The notes: generated by a model from the letters alone, not told the origin. A DNA stretch of 64,000 nt from an uncultured delta proteobacterium (GCA_963803435.1 CAWDML010000007.1:32001-96000); one strand, 5' to 3'; shown: positions 1-11,088, numbered from the stretch's first letter. A program made the numbers and translations.

Positions 1-1057
1 GATCGAGCGCGCGGGCCTGGCTCTTCTCGACGCCCTGGCCGGTCTCGAAGAGATAGCCGAGGTTCGTGCAACCGCCCGAGTTTCCGCCGTCGCAGCCCCG
101 CTGGTAGAGCTCCAGCGCGCGCGCGTCGTCGGCCGGGACGCCGTGACCGTTGCGGTACATGTAGCCGAGGTTGGTGCAGCCCCGCGCGTTCCCCATGTCG
201 CAGGCCTTCTCGTAGTACGAGACCGCGACGGCCGCGTCCTCCTTCACTCCCTTGCCCTTCTCGTACATGTACCCGGTGTTGGTGCATCCGGTCGCGTTGC
301 CCAGCCCGCACCCGCGCAGGTAGAGCCGCACTGCCTTGATCGGATCCTCCGTGATCAGCCTGCCCTTCTCGAACATGAAGCCGAGGTCGGTGCAGGAAGC
401 GCCGTGGGATTGGCGGCAGCCCTCGAGCAAGTGGGCCTGCGCCAGGGCCAGATCGCGCGCTCGGCCGTTCTTGCCGTCGCGGTAGTCGAGCCCGAGCCGG
501 TAGCAGCTCTCCACCGGCGCACAGGACACCGGCGGCAGGCTCGCATCCATCAGCGCGGGATCGAGCGTGCCTGCGCCCTCTGCGGAGGCGTCCCCCGGCG
601 GCGGCGCTGCCTGCGACTTCAGCTTGAACGCGACCTGCTCTACCGACGCCGTCAGCTGGTCGGGCGCGCAGCCGCCCTTGACGGTGGCGACGCGCTCGCT
701 CACCTCCTTCTCCAGATCGAACAGGACGCTCTTCAAGATGCAGCGGGAGCCGAGGCGCATCAGCTGCGTCGACAGCGACTTCTCGGCGGCCAGCGCCTTG
801 CCGATCTCGATCTGACAGGCCTCGTCCATACAGCTCTTGTACGAGTCCTTCTTCTTGGAGAGGAGGAGGCGGTGCAGGTCGTCCGACGGGACCACGCGAT
901 AACGTCCACCCTCGGCGATCTGACCGCCGAGATACTCGGTGAGCTGATGGATCGTGTCGTGATCGGTCTTCTTCTTGGCGGCGGTCTCCTCGATCTCGAA
1001 GACCGCGACCACCGGCTGCGCGGTCGCGACGACTCCCAGCGCAATCCAGGGGACCAT
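1..1057 (-). CDS. Sel1-like (Cys-paired, Hcp-type) repeat protein with N-terminal alpha/beta domain; 3' end runs off the window
   Basis: Manual translation of the minus strand from ATG 1057 (MVPWIALGVVATAQPVVAVFEIEE...) is open to position 1, with repeats GCTNTGYMYEKGKGVKED, GCTNLGYMYRNGHGVPAD and GCTNLGYLFETGQGVEKS. Absent from the ORF track because it has no stop in the window. Confidence 0.85.
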   Translation of the reverse strand, partial: MVPWIALGVVATAQPVVAVFEIEETAAKKKTDHDTIHQLTEYLGGQIAEGGRYRVVPSDDLHRLLLSKKKDSYKSCMDEACQIEIGKALAAEKSLSTQLMRLGSRCILKSVLFDLEKEVSERVATVKGGCAPDQLTASVEQVAFKLKSQAAPPPGDASAEGAGTLDPALMDASLPPVSCAPVESCYRLGLDYRDGKNGRARDLALAQAHLLEGCRQSHGASCTDLGFMFEKGRLITEDPIKAVRLYLRGCGLGNATGCTNTGYMYEKGKGVKEDAAVAVSYYEKACDMGNARGCTNLGYMYRNGHGVPADDARALELYQRGCDGGNSGGCTNLGYLFETGQGVEKSQARALD

Positions 1058-1104
1058 CGGAGAAAGAATAGCCGCGAGTGCGCTCGATTTGATAGAGACG
1101 TGAC

Positions 1105-1874
1105 GTGCGCTTCGTCGACAGCCACGCCCATCTGGACGGCGAGCACTTCGCGGATCTGACCCCTTTCCTCGAACGTGCTCGCGACGCCGGGATCACCGAC
1201 ATCGTCTGCATCGGTGCGAGCGCCGGCTTCGAGAGCAACCCGCGCACCGTCGCGCTGGCGGAGCGGCACGAGCGGATGTTCGCGACCGTGGGCATCCACC
1301 CCCACGACGCGCGGGTCACCACCGACGACGTCGTCGAGGACATCCGCCGGCTGTCGACCCACCCGAAGGTGGTCGCGATCGGCGAGATCGGCCTCGACTA
1401 CCACTATGATCTTTCGCCGCGCGATCAACAGCGTGCGGCCTTCTCGAGATTCCTCAACCTGTCGCGCGAGGCCCGGAAACCGGTCGTGATCCATACGCGC
1501 GAGGCCGAGGAGGACACGCTCGCCCTGCTCCGCGACGCCGGCGCCGAGACCCTCGGCGGCGTGATCCACTGCTTCACCGGCACCGAGCGCCTCGCCGAGG
1601 GCGCGCTCGACCTCGGGTTCTACATCTCCTTCTCCGGGGTCCTCACCTTCAGGAACGCCGACCCGCTCCGGGCCATCGCCCGCGAGCTTCCGCGCGACCG
1701 CGTCCTCGTCGAAACCGACTGTCCCTTCCTCGCCCCCGTCCCCGTCCGCGGACGCGAGAACGAGCCGAGCTTCATCGTTCACACGGCAAGGTGCCTTGCG
1801 GACGTGTGGGGAGTGAGCGAGGAGGAGGTCCGGCGGATCACCGGAGAGAACGCGGTCCGCTTGTTCGGGCTCGA

Positions 1875-1878
<4 letters not shown>
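1105..1878 (+). CDS. tatD: TatD family deoxyribonuclease
   Basis: Motifs [40 protein letters not shown]. Confidence 0.95.
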
Positions 1879-3032
<1,154 letters not shown>

Positions 3033-3105
3033 GCTCGCTCCTTGTTGGTGACCGCGCAGCGCTACCAGATGACATCCAATCGATCAACCGGCCCCCATTG
3101 CTGAG

Positions 3106-4478
3106 ATGTTCGGGACAGAGGTAGATTTCGCGCGAGTGACCGGGGAACCCACGAACGAAGTCACGAAGAAGGCGGTGTGTAAGTCGTTCACTGCGGTCAT
3201 CCGTGGGAGCGCGCTGGCGATCGATCCCAAGGCCTTTTTCATGATGCTCAATGCGAACTTCCCCGTGTTGTACCAGAACAACCAGATCAACCTGGCACCG
3301 ATCTGGGACGCTTTGTCGACCTCCCACGCGCCCGAGCAGCTCCACGGCGTCTTCCTGATGTTCCGGATGCGGGCGCTGGATCTGGGGCTGGCCGTGCAGC
3401 TCCCGGGGCCGGTCGAGTCCCTGAGCGACGACGAGATGCGGCTGGCCCTCCAGCCCTGGACGGGGCTGATGATCCCGGACGAGCCAACGCCCTACGAGCC
3501 GCTCCCGCTGGCCCTCAGCACCGGGGATCTGAAGCCCTTCGTACCGGAAGAGCTCCGGCGCCAGATCATACAGATCGTCTCGACCGCCTTCCGCGCCTCC
3601 CTCAGCGGCCAGGTCGACGCCGCGCAGCTCACGTTCCAGATCGACTCCAGCTTCGACGCCCTCTTCGACGGCCAGACCTTCGACCTCGCCCAGATCTTCG
3701 ACGGCCTGCGTCAGTCGCACCCGCTCTCGGACCAGGCGATCTATCAGGTCGTCGCGCGCGCCACGGCGGACCTGGCCACCCTCGACGTCCAGGTGGAGGA
3801 GCCTGCGCTCGAGCTGAATACGATCGAGAAGCAGAACATCACGGCCGACCTCCGTCGCGCCGAGGAGCGCGCCGCCAAGAACCGCGCTTCGGGTCCCACG
3901 CCGCCCGCCGCCGACAAGCCGCCCGAGGAGACCTCGAAGCGCATCACCCGCGAGGAGCGGCTCAAAGAGTACGGGCTCAGCAGCGTCCGCGAGAAGCGGT
4001 ACCCGATCCGAAGATCATCCTCGCGGTCGTCGCCGTCGGCGTCGGTGTGACGGCGTTTCTGACCCGACCGAACCGAGACATCGACCACGACGAGTACGAC
4101 GCCGTGATCCCCATCCGCACCGCAGAGCTCCGCGACGGCGACTTCCAATGCGTCGTCGACGAATCGAAGTGGCTCGCGCTGTCCCCGGAGGAGCGCGCCA
4201 CCCGGCTGACCAAGTTCGAGGCGATGCTGCGGGACGATCGCCTGATCTCCAACATGCAGTGCCGAGACACGCACGGCCAGCTGGTGATCACCATGCTCGG
4301 ATCCGGACGCATGGCAGGCGCTCCGAACTTCATGAAGGGCGACATCCACGGCGAGCTCCCCAAGGTCGCCCCTCCTCCACTTCCCGTCCCGCCGAAGCCA
4401 GAGGTGACCGCGCCGCCCTCCGCTGAGTTGGTCGAGCCGCCCCCGGCCGCGGCGCCACCCGCGGACAGGCCCCGCTAG
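3106..4478 (+). CDS. Hypothetical bitopic membrane protein, split by a frameshift at ~4009
   Basis: ORFs 3106..4050 and 4047..4478. Changing frame at ~4010 gives a TM helix KIILAVVAVGVGVTAFL that joins them. Pro-rich C-terminus. Confidence 0.65.
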
Positions 4479-4574
4479 GAGCGTGTAGCGCGTAGCGCTA
4501 CCGCGAGCCCGGTCCGGGTCCCGGTCCCGGTCCCGGTCCCGATGGCGATCATGCAGCCCGGCGTGCGTTCATCG

Positions 4575-4745
4575 GCCTCATCAAGTCGCGTGAGCATCTC
4601 GACAACGCGCTTGAGCTTGGCTCTGGCGGCTTGGAGCTTCTGCTCGTTGGCGAGTCGGCGCCTCAAGCAGGTGTGGAGTGAGGCGGCGCTTTCGGTGCCA
4701 GAGCGAAGTGCCATCCGGTAGAAGCGAGCCTTCTCAGGACCAAGA
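4575..4745 (-). pseudogene. Four-helix-bundle protein (23S rRNA IVP/Avd-like), C-terminal fragment
   Basis: EKARFYRMALRSGTESAASLHTCLRRRL...ARAKLKRVVEMLTRL matches the C-half of this family; 5' part is missing; boundaries approximate. Confidence 0.75.
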
Positions 4746-4789
4746 CGCGTCGACTCCGTCCTCATCAGCTTCGGAGCCCACACCTGCCT

Positions 4790-5025
4790 CGCTCGCTCCC
4801 AAGCGAATGCGAGACAAGTTGCAAACGCGCGACGGCAAGGCGGTCTACGCCCGCAGGAAGAGTATCGTCGAACCGGCGCTCGGACAGATCAAAGGGGCAC
4901 GAGGATTCCGCCGGTTCTCGCTACGCTCCTTCTTCAAGGTACGAGCCGAGTGGACGCTCGTCTGCCTCACCCACAACCTGCTCAAGCTCTACCGATCGAA
5001 GCTCGCGACCGTCGCGAGCGTCTGA
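4790..5025 (+). pseudogene. IS1182-family transposase, C-terminal fragment
   Basis: MRDKLQTRDGKAVYARRKSIVEPALGQIKGARGFRRFSLRS..KVRAEWTLVCLTHNLLKL is typical of the IS1182 DDE C-terminus. Confidence 0.85.
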
Positions 5026-5111
5026 CTCAAGGCAGCCATCTTCAGATCGGGACCCGGACCGGGACCGGGACCCGGACCGGGGTCGCGTGAGCGCTTACGC
5101 GCTACACGCTC

Positions 5112-6854
5112 CTAGAGATCCGGGGTCCAGCTCTGGATCTTCGCCTCGAGGGCCAGCTCGACGTCGCGTGTCGTCGACATCTCGCAGGCCTGTGCCGCCA
5201 GCTCCACACAGTCCGCCGCCGAGAGCTTCCGGATCATCCGTTTCACGATCGGGATCGAGGTTGGCGTCATCGACAGCGTGCGGAGCCCCAGGCCGACCAG
5301 GAGTGGCGCGTGAAAGGGATCGCCGGCCACTTCGCCGCACACGCTGATCGGGCGGCCAGCATCGTGCGCCACCGTGCAGGCGGTCCGGATCATCCGCAAC
5401 ACTGCCGGATGGCAGGCGCGATACAGGTACGCCACCGACTCGTTCCCGCGATCCGCGGCGAGCGTGTACTGGATGAGATCGTTGGTGCCGATCGAGAAGA
5501 AGTCGACCTCCTCCGACAGGCGATCGACGATCAGGATCGCCGCCGGAGTCTCGAGCATCACGCCGACGGGCATCTGCGGGTCGAACGGACGGCCCGATCG
5601 CTCCAGGTCCGCCGCGATCTCCTCGATGATCGCGCGGGCCTGACGGACCTCCTCCACGCCGGTCACGAACGGGAGCAGGAGACGTACTGGGCCCACGCCG
5701 CTGGCGAGCATCACGCCTTCGAGCTGTTGCGCGAAGTGCGCCCGATCTCGGAGCGAGAGCCGGATCGCACGCAGGCCCAGGGCGGGGTTCGCGTCGGTGT
5801 AGAGCGAGCCCGTGCCGAACTGCTTGTCGCCCCCCAGGTCGTACGTGCGGATCGTGGTGGGCAGACCGCCGAGCACCTCGAGGACGTGTTGATACGCCTC
5901 GAAGTGACCGAGCGCGTCGCTCACGTCGGGTCGCTCGAGGCAGAGAAACTCGGTGCGGTAGAGGCCGACGCCCTGGCCGCCGTGCTTGACGACCTGCTCG
6001 ACCTCGCTCGCCACCTCGATGTTGCCGTAGAGCGTGATCGTCACGCCGTCGGCGGTCTCTGCGGGGAGGAAGCGGTCCGCGAGCAGCGCCTGCTCCTCCT
6101 TGGCCCGCCGCTTCTCGATGCCGCGATATCGACCCTGGACGGCCCCGCTCGGCTTGAGCACCACCTCGCCGGAGTAGCCGTCGACGATCACCTGATCGCC
6201 GGATCCGGCCAGCTCCATGATCCCGCGCGCGCCCAGCACGCAGGGCACGTTCAGCGCCCGCGCGAGGATCGCCACGTGCGAGGTGCGGCCGCCCAGCTCG
6301 GTCACGAATGCGCGCGCCGCGAAGCGTGCCAGCGCTACGGCGTCGGCCGGAGAGAGATCGTGCGCCACCACGACCGCGTCCTCCGAGAGGTTGTCCAGCA
6401 GATCCGTCTCGGCCCCGATCAGGTTTCGGAGGACCCGATCCGCGACCACGTCCACATCGCTGCGACGCTCGCGGAAGTAGTCCTCGTCGAGGTTGTCGAA
6501 GAGCTTCTTGACGCTCTTGACGGTGTCCTTGAGGGCCCACTCCGCGTTCTGGCCCTGCTTGGCGATGAGGTCGCGCGTGGACTGAAAGAGCGCGTCGTCG
6601 CGAAGGATCATCGAGTGGGCCTCGAGGAGCGCCCGGACCTGCTCGAACCCCGCTCGCTGAGCGCGCGCGCCCAGCTCCACCAGCTGTCCCTCGGACTTCT
6701 GGACCGCCCCTTCGAAGCGCTCGATCTCCCGGATCCGCTTCTCCTCGGGGACGTGATAGTGCGGCACCGCCACCCGGCGCCGGTCCACGACATGGACGAC
6801 GCCGAAGGCGATCCCGCCGCACACGCCCATACCGCGGAACCTTCGGTCGCTCAC
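5112..6854 (-). CDS. ptsI: PTS Enzyme I (PEP-protein phosphotransferase), no GAF domain
   Basis: GGRTSHVAILAR, GVGLYRTEFL, NPALGLRAIR, FSIGTNDLIQY, CGEVAGD. Confidence 0.95.
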   Translation of the reverse strand: MSDRRFRGMGVCGGIAFGVVHVVDRRRVAVPHYHVPEEKRIREIERFEGAVQKSEGQLVELGARAQRAGFEQVRALLEAHSMILRDDALFQSTRDLIAKQGQNAEWALKDTVKSVKKLFDNLDEDYFRERRSDVDVVADRVLRNLIGAETDLLDNLSEDAVVVAHDLSPADAVALARFAARAFVTELGGRTSHVAILARALNVPCVLGARGIMELAGSGDQVIVDGYSGEVVLKPSGAVQGRYRGIEKRRAKEEQALLADRFLPAETADGVTITLYGNIEVASEVEQVVKHGGQGVGLYRTEFLCLERPDVSDALGHFEAYQHVLEVLGGLPTTIRTYDLGGDKQFGTGSLYTDANPALGLRAIRLSLRDRAHFAQQLEGVMLASGVGPVRLLLPFVTGVEEVRQARAIIEEIAADLERSGRPFDPQMPVGVMLETPAAILIVDRLSEEVDFFSIGTNDLIQYTLAADRGNESVAYLYRACHPAVLRMIRTACTVAHDAGRPISVCGEVAGDPFHAPLLVGLGLRTLSMTPTSIPIVKRMIRKLSAADCVELAAQACEMSTTRDVELALEAKIQSWTPDL

Positions 6855-7618
6855 TTCGTCGCCCCCTCGTAGAACCCGTTCGCGAAGAGCTCCCGGATCG
6901 CGTCCATCCCCGCCCTCGCCCCCGGGCCCGTCACCACCACGTCCAGCATCGTGCCGCAGGTCGCGCCCAGCGTCGTCAACCCGAGGAGGCTCTTAGCGTT
7001 GACCAGATCGAGGCCCTTCCCGATCTTCACGTCGGCCTGGAGCTTACTCGTGAGCTGTGCCAGTACGTGAGCGGCCCGGAGGTGGAGGCCGCGCTCGTTG
7101 ACCACCTCGAAGACCTCTCGCAGGCTCTCTTCATCCGCTTGGGATCCGGATAGTGCGTCGGCGGGCATCCTCGGGTCATTGGGCAACGCCTGGACGTAGA
7201 CCTCGATTCCGCGGCGCGTGAGCCTCCGGATCAGATCGAAGTCGGGCGGCCCCAGATGGACGGCGGGGTGCACGGGCGCCCGGTCCGGGGCCTCGGGTAC
7301 ATGCCCGATGTTGAGAGAGCTGATCTTGAGCCCTGCCGAGACCGCCCGGATCACGGCCTCGAGAGAGCTGAAGAGGACGATCGTCGATGGAAGATCCGAT
7401 CTCGAGAGCTCGAGCGACACCTCTTCCTCCGAGGTGAAGACGACATCGGTGTCCATCGCCGACATCTCGAAGATGGTGCGCAATCGATGTTGCGAGACTA
7501 CGGTCTCGTCGGCGACGATGATCAACTTGGCGCCGAGCTCCGGCACCCAGGCGTTCATCAGCGTGGCGTGAATCAGCCTGGGATCGATGCGAAATAGGAT
7601 CCGCAAGTCATCTTGCAT
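6851..7618 (-). CDS. Fusion of a mannose/sorbose-class EIIB domain and HPr
   Basis: N-terminal RIDPRLIH (EIIB-Man phospho-His motif) and LNIG. C-terminal VVNERGLHLRAA...VNAKSLLGL (HPr His15 and Ser46 motifs). Single continuous ORF. Confidence 0.85.
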   Translation of the reverse strand: MQDDLRILFRIDPRLIHATLMNAWVPELGAKLIIVADETVVSQHRLRTIFEMSAMDTDVVFTSEEEVSLELSRSDLPSTIVLFSSLEAVIRAVSAGLKISSLNIGHVPEAPDRAPVHPAVHLGPPDFDLIRRLTRRGIEVYVQALPNDPRMPADALSGSQADEESLREVFEVVNERGLHLRAAHVLAQLTSKLQADVKIGKGLDLVNAKSLLGLTTLGATCGTMLDVVVTGPGARAGMDAIRELFANGFYEGATK

Positions 7619-8027
7619 CCTGCTCGCGCTCCTTCAGAATCTCGCTGGCCACCAGGAGGTTCCGCTGCCCGTAGAACTTGAGGAGCTGGGCAAGCGTTCC
7701 CACGTCGTCCGCCGTCTTGATGGCGCTGCTCAGCTTCAAGAGCATCGGCAAGTTACAGCCGGTCACCACCTCGATCGACGTCTCGCCGACGAGCTGAAGC
7801 GCAACATTCGTTGCGGTCCCCCCGAACATGTCCGCCAGGATCAACACGCCGGCCCCCCGGTCGACGCGAAGAACCGCCTCGTGCATCCGTCTCTGGACCT
7901 CTTCGAGGCGCTCCGATCGGTCGATCGGCATCGCCTCGGCAGACTCGAAGGGGCCGACGATCTCCACCGCCGTCTCGAGCAGCGCTTGGGCGAGCCGCCC
8001 ATGGCTGACGATCAAAAGACCGATCAC
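7608..8027 (-). CDS. PTS mannose/fructose-class EIIA
   Basis: IVSHGRLA, ADMFGGT, VVTGCNLPML. Confidence 0.92.
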   Translation of the reverse strand: MIGLLIVSHGRLAQALLETAVEIVGPFESAEAMPIDRSERLEEVQRRMHEAVLRVDRGAGVLILADMFGGTATNVALQLVGETSIEVVTGCNLPMLLKLSSAIKTADDVGTLAQLLKFYGQRNLLVASEILKEREQDAR

Positions 8028-8064
8028 GGAGCTCGGATGCTATCGCAGGCGACCCCAAGCGTCA

Positions 8065-8949
8065 TCAATCTCGGCGACGGCGGCTCCATCGTGCCACGTC
8101 CCGGTGCCGGATCTGGACGCGCCGACCCTGCTCCTCCAGCTGGCGCGCGACCTCGCCCGCAATGACCACGGAGCGATGACGCCCGCCGGTGCAGCCGACC
8201 GCGATCGTCAGATACGCCTTACCCTCCTGGTCGTACTGCGGGAGCAGGTATCCCAGGAAGTCGAGCAGCTTGGCGAGGAAGGCCCGGGCCTCCTCGCGAT
8301 CCATCACGTAGCGGGCGACCGCCTCGTCTTCCCCCGAGTAATCGCGCAGCTCGTCCACGAAGTAGGGGTTGGGGAGGAAACGCACGTCCAGCATCAGGTC
8401 GGCCTCCTGCGGCACGCCGTGCTTGAACCCGAAGGAGAGGACGGTGATGGACATGCCGGTGCCGGCGGTGGGAGCGGAGGCGAACGCAGTCTGGATCTCC
8501 CGCACCAGATCGTGCACCGACATCGAGGTGGTCTTGATGACCGTGGTGGCCGCCTGGCGCAGCGGCTCGAGCATCTGCCGCTCGGCGCCGATACCACCCT
8601 TCACGGAGCCCTGAGCCGACATCGGGTGCCGGCGCCGCGTCTCGGAGTAGCGCCTCTCCAGGACCTCGTCGGAGGCGTCGAGGAAGACCAGGTCGATCTG
8701 GTGGCCCTGCTTCCTCACGTTCTCCAGCAGCGCCGGCATCGCGGTGAGCTCCTCGGGGCTGACCCGCGCCGTCCTGGCGTCGAAGACCAGCGCCAGCTTC
8801 TCGACCTCCGTGGTGCCGATCAGATCGACCACCTGATCGAAGAACCGGAGCGGCAGGTTGTCGATGGCATAGAAGCCGAGATCCTCGAGCGCATGGATCG
8901 CCGTCGACTTGCCGGACCCGCTCATACCGGTGAGGAGCACGATGTGCAC
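8065..8949 (-). CDS. rapZ: RNase adapter RapZ (YvcJ/YhbJ)
   Basis: TGMSGSGKS, IDNLP, RRYSETRRRHP, SFGFKHG, DVRFLPNPY, GCTGGRHRSV. Confidence 0.95.
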   Translation of the reverse strand: MHIVLLTGMSGSGKSTAIHALEDLGFYAIDNLPLRFFDQVVDLIGTTEVEKLALVFDARTARVSPEELTAMPALLENVRKQGHQIDLVFLDASDEVLERRYSETRRRHPMSAQGSVKGGIGAERQMLEPLRQAATTVIKTTSMSVHDLVREIQTAFASAPTAGTGMSITVLSFGFKHGVPQEADLMLDVRFLPNPYFVDELRDYSGEDEAVARYVMDREEARAFLAKLLDFLGYLLPQYDQEGKAYLTIAVGCTGGRHRSVVIAGEVARQLEEQGRRVQIRHRDVARWSRRRRD

Positions 8950-9947
8950 TACTCGACCTCGTCCTCGATGTGATCCGTGGAGCGCTCGGCCTTCTCCATC
9001 GCCTTCTGGATCCGCCGGCTCAGCTCCTCACCCGCGTGCAAGCCGCGGCGCTGGAGCAGAAAGTTGCGCGCCGCGACCTCGACGATGCCAGCGACGTTGC
9101 GCCCGGGCGACACCGGCAGGAGCAACGACCGGACCTCCTGCCCCAGGATTCCGATGCTCCGTTCCTCGAGCCCGATCCGATCGTAGATGCCTCGGGGCGA
9201 CCAGTGCTCGAGCTCCACCACCAGCTCGATCCGTTTGTGATCTCGGGTCGCGGCGACGCCGTAGAGCTCGGCGATGTTCAACACACCCAGACCGCGAACC
9301 TCGATCAGGTGCCTGATCAGGTCGGAGGCCTGCCCCACCAGATCTTCGCCGCGGCGCCGGATCTCGACCACGTCGTCGGCCACCAGTCGATGCCCGCGCT
9401 CGACCAGGTCCAGGGCGCACTCGCTCTTGCCGATCCCGGAGGCGCCGATGATGAGCACGCCGACGCTGTTCACGTCGACCAGGACGCCGTGCATCGAGCA
9501 GCGGGGTGAAAGCAGGTCGTCCAGGTAGTTCGTGGTCTTGACGATCGCGACCGAGGACGTGATCGCCGTGCGGAACAGAGCCACCGCGCGCTCGTCGCAC
9601 GCCGCGATCAGCTCCGGCGGTGCGGTCAATCCCTTGGTCACGATGATGCACGCGACCTCCAGCTCCACGTAGCCCTGGATCGCCTTTCGCCGCGCGGCCT
9701 CGTCGAGCGTCGCCAGATACGAGATCTCGGTCTCGCCCATGATCTGCACGCGATCGTTGTGGACGAACGAGGTGTGCCCGACCAGCGCGAGCCCCGGCTT
9801 CTGGATACGGACGGAGCGCAGCCTACGCCCCATGCCCTCCTCGCCTCCGATCAGCTCGAGCCTCAGCGCACGCTTGAGGTGCGCATAGAACTCCGCGACC
9901 GTGACCTCGGGTGGAATCGGAAGATCGGTGGTGAGGTCCTCGACCAC
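8949..9947 (-). CDS. hprK: HPr(Ser) kinase/phosphorylase
   Basis: HGVLVDV..VGVLIIGASGIGKSECALDLVERGHRLVADD, EVRGLG, PGRNVA. Confidence 0.95.
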   Translation of the reverse strand: MVEDLTTDLPIPPEVTVAEFYAHLKRALRLELIGGEEGMGRRLRSVRIQKPGLALVGHTSFVHNDRVQIMGETEISYLATLDEAARRKAIQGYVELEVACIIVTKGLTAPPELIAACDERAVALFRTAITSSVAIVKTTNYLDDLLSPRCSMHGVLVDVNSVGVLIIGASGIGKSECALDLVERGHRLVADDVVEIRRRGEDLVGQASDLIRHLIEVRGLGVLNIAELYGVAATRDHKRIELVVELEHWSPRGIYDRIGLEERSIGILGQEVRSLLLPVSPGRNVAGIVEVAARNFLLQRRGLHAGEELSRRIQKAMEKAERSTDHIEDEVE

Positions 9948-9956
9948 GTCGGCTCC

Positions 9957-10436
9957 CTAGTTCGTCGGAAGCTTGGTGTCCTTCTCGTAGATGACGGACC
10001 AGAGCTTCTGCGCTTCGTCGCTTCCGAGGAGCCGCTCGCGGAACTCGGCGTCCTTGAACAGGCGGGAGGCGCGCGCGAGCGCCTTCAGGTGAAGACCAGC
10101 GCCTCGCTCGGGCGCGAGCAGCGTCAGGAAGAGGTGGGCAGGACGTCCGTCGAGCGATCCGAACTCGACGCCCTGGGGGCTGCGGGCGAAGCAGGCGATC
10201 GCCCGCGAGATCCGTGGCAGTTTTGCGTGCGGGATCGCGATGCCGTTGCCGATCCCGGTGGAGCCGATCCGCTCCCGCTCGAGAAGAAAGGTCAGGGCCA
10301 GATGTCCATCGACCTCGACGTTCTTCTCGACGATGCGATCGACGAGCTCCGCGAGCACTTCGTCGCGGGTCCTGGCGCGGAGGTTGGGAATGATGAGGTC
10401 CTCCGACAGGATGTCGACGATCATCATCGACCGCAC
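9957..10436 (-). CDS. ptsN: PTS EIIA(Ntr)
   Basis: RERIGSTGIGNGIAIPHAK, HLKALA. Confidence 0.93.
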   Translation of the reverse strand: MRSMMIVDILSEDLIIPNLRARTRDEVLAELVDRIVEKNVEVDGHLALTFLLERERIGSTGIGNGIAIPHAKLPRISRAIACFARSPQGVEFGSLDGRPAHLFLTLLAPERGAGLHLKALARASRLFKDAEFRERLLGSDEAQKLWSVIYEKDTKLPTN

Positions 10437-10474
10437 CCTACCACCGGATTGCGGGCGAAGGACCAGAGAGTTTC

Positions 10475-11029
10475 TCAGGCGGCGTGGGCTTCGATCAGGC
10501 CGTACTGTCCATCGGAGAGGCGATAGACCACGTTGACCTGCCGGCTGGAGGCATTGGTAAAAACCAGGAAGTCAGTATGCAGGAGGTCCATCTGCATCAC
10601 GGCATCGTCGATGTTCATCTCTCGCGCCACGATGGTTTCGGTCCTCACGATCCGCGGCGGAGCGACGGTTCCGTTGCTCCCGGATTCCTCGCCGGCCTCC
10701 AGGATCTGGTGCGGGAGCTCGCGGCCGTTCGTGCCCTCGCGGTGGCTCTTGATCTTTTCTCGATACCGTTTGACCTGGCGGACGATCTTGTCCACCGCCA
10801 TGTCGATCGAGCCGTACATGTCCTCCGATTTCTCGATCGATCGAATGCGCAGCGCTCCCTCGGTGAGGAGCTCGATGTGAGCGACGTGGAGGTGCTTCTC
10901 CACGGACAAGACAATCTGGGCTTCACCACCTCGGTCGATGATCCTGGTGATCTTGTCGATGCGGTCCTCCGCATACTCGCGGATCGGATCGCTGGGCTTG
11001 ATGTGGCGAAAGGTCACGGAGACTTTCAT
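10475..11029 (-). CDS. hpf: Ribosome hibernation promoting factor (long HPF)
   Basis: VTFRH, DMYGSID, C-terminal AVMQMDLL...FLVFTN...NVVYR..DGQYGLIE; lies directly downstream of rpoN. Confidence 0.93.
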   Translation of the reverse strand: MKVSVTFRHIKPSDPIREYAEDRIDKITRIIDRGGEAQIVLSVEKHLHVAHIELLTEGALRIRSIEKSEDMYGSIDMAVDKIVRQVKRYREKIKSHREGTNGRELPHQILEAGEESGSNGTVAPPRIVRTETIVAREMNIDDAVMQMDLLHTDFLVFTNASSRQVNVVYRLSDGQYGLIEAHAA

Positions 11030-11088
11030 TCGGCGCTCTTTCCCTTGTTTTCAAGGCGAACCGGTCAAGCTTCGGATGTGACTTCAGG

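Larger units (their letters stand above)
4479..5111. mobile_element. Internally deleted IS1182-like element with four-helix-bundle passenger; ~65-bp imperfect terminal inverted repeats, CTAG target duplication
   Basis: CTAG at 4475-4478 and 5112-5115. Left IR 4479-4543, right IR 5046-5111. Outer 16 bp perfectly inverted (GAGCGTGTAGCGCGTA). Inner GGTCCC/GGGACC hexamer tracts. Confidence 0.85.

Noticed and set aside
143-1159. 338-aa plus-strand ORF
   Set aside because: Antisense shadow of the Sel1-repeat gene
3033-3105. SAM riboswitch upstream of metK
   Set aside because: Only 73 bp, shared with a divergent gene; no recognisable SAM-I/II/SAM-SAH consensus
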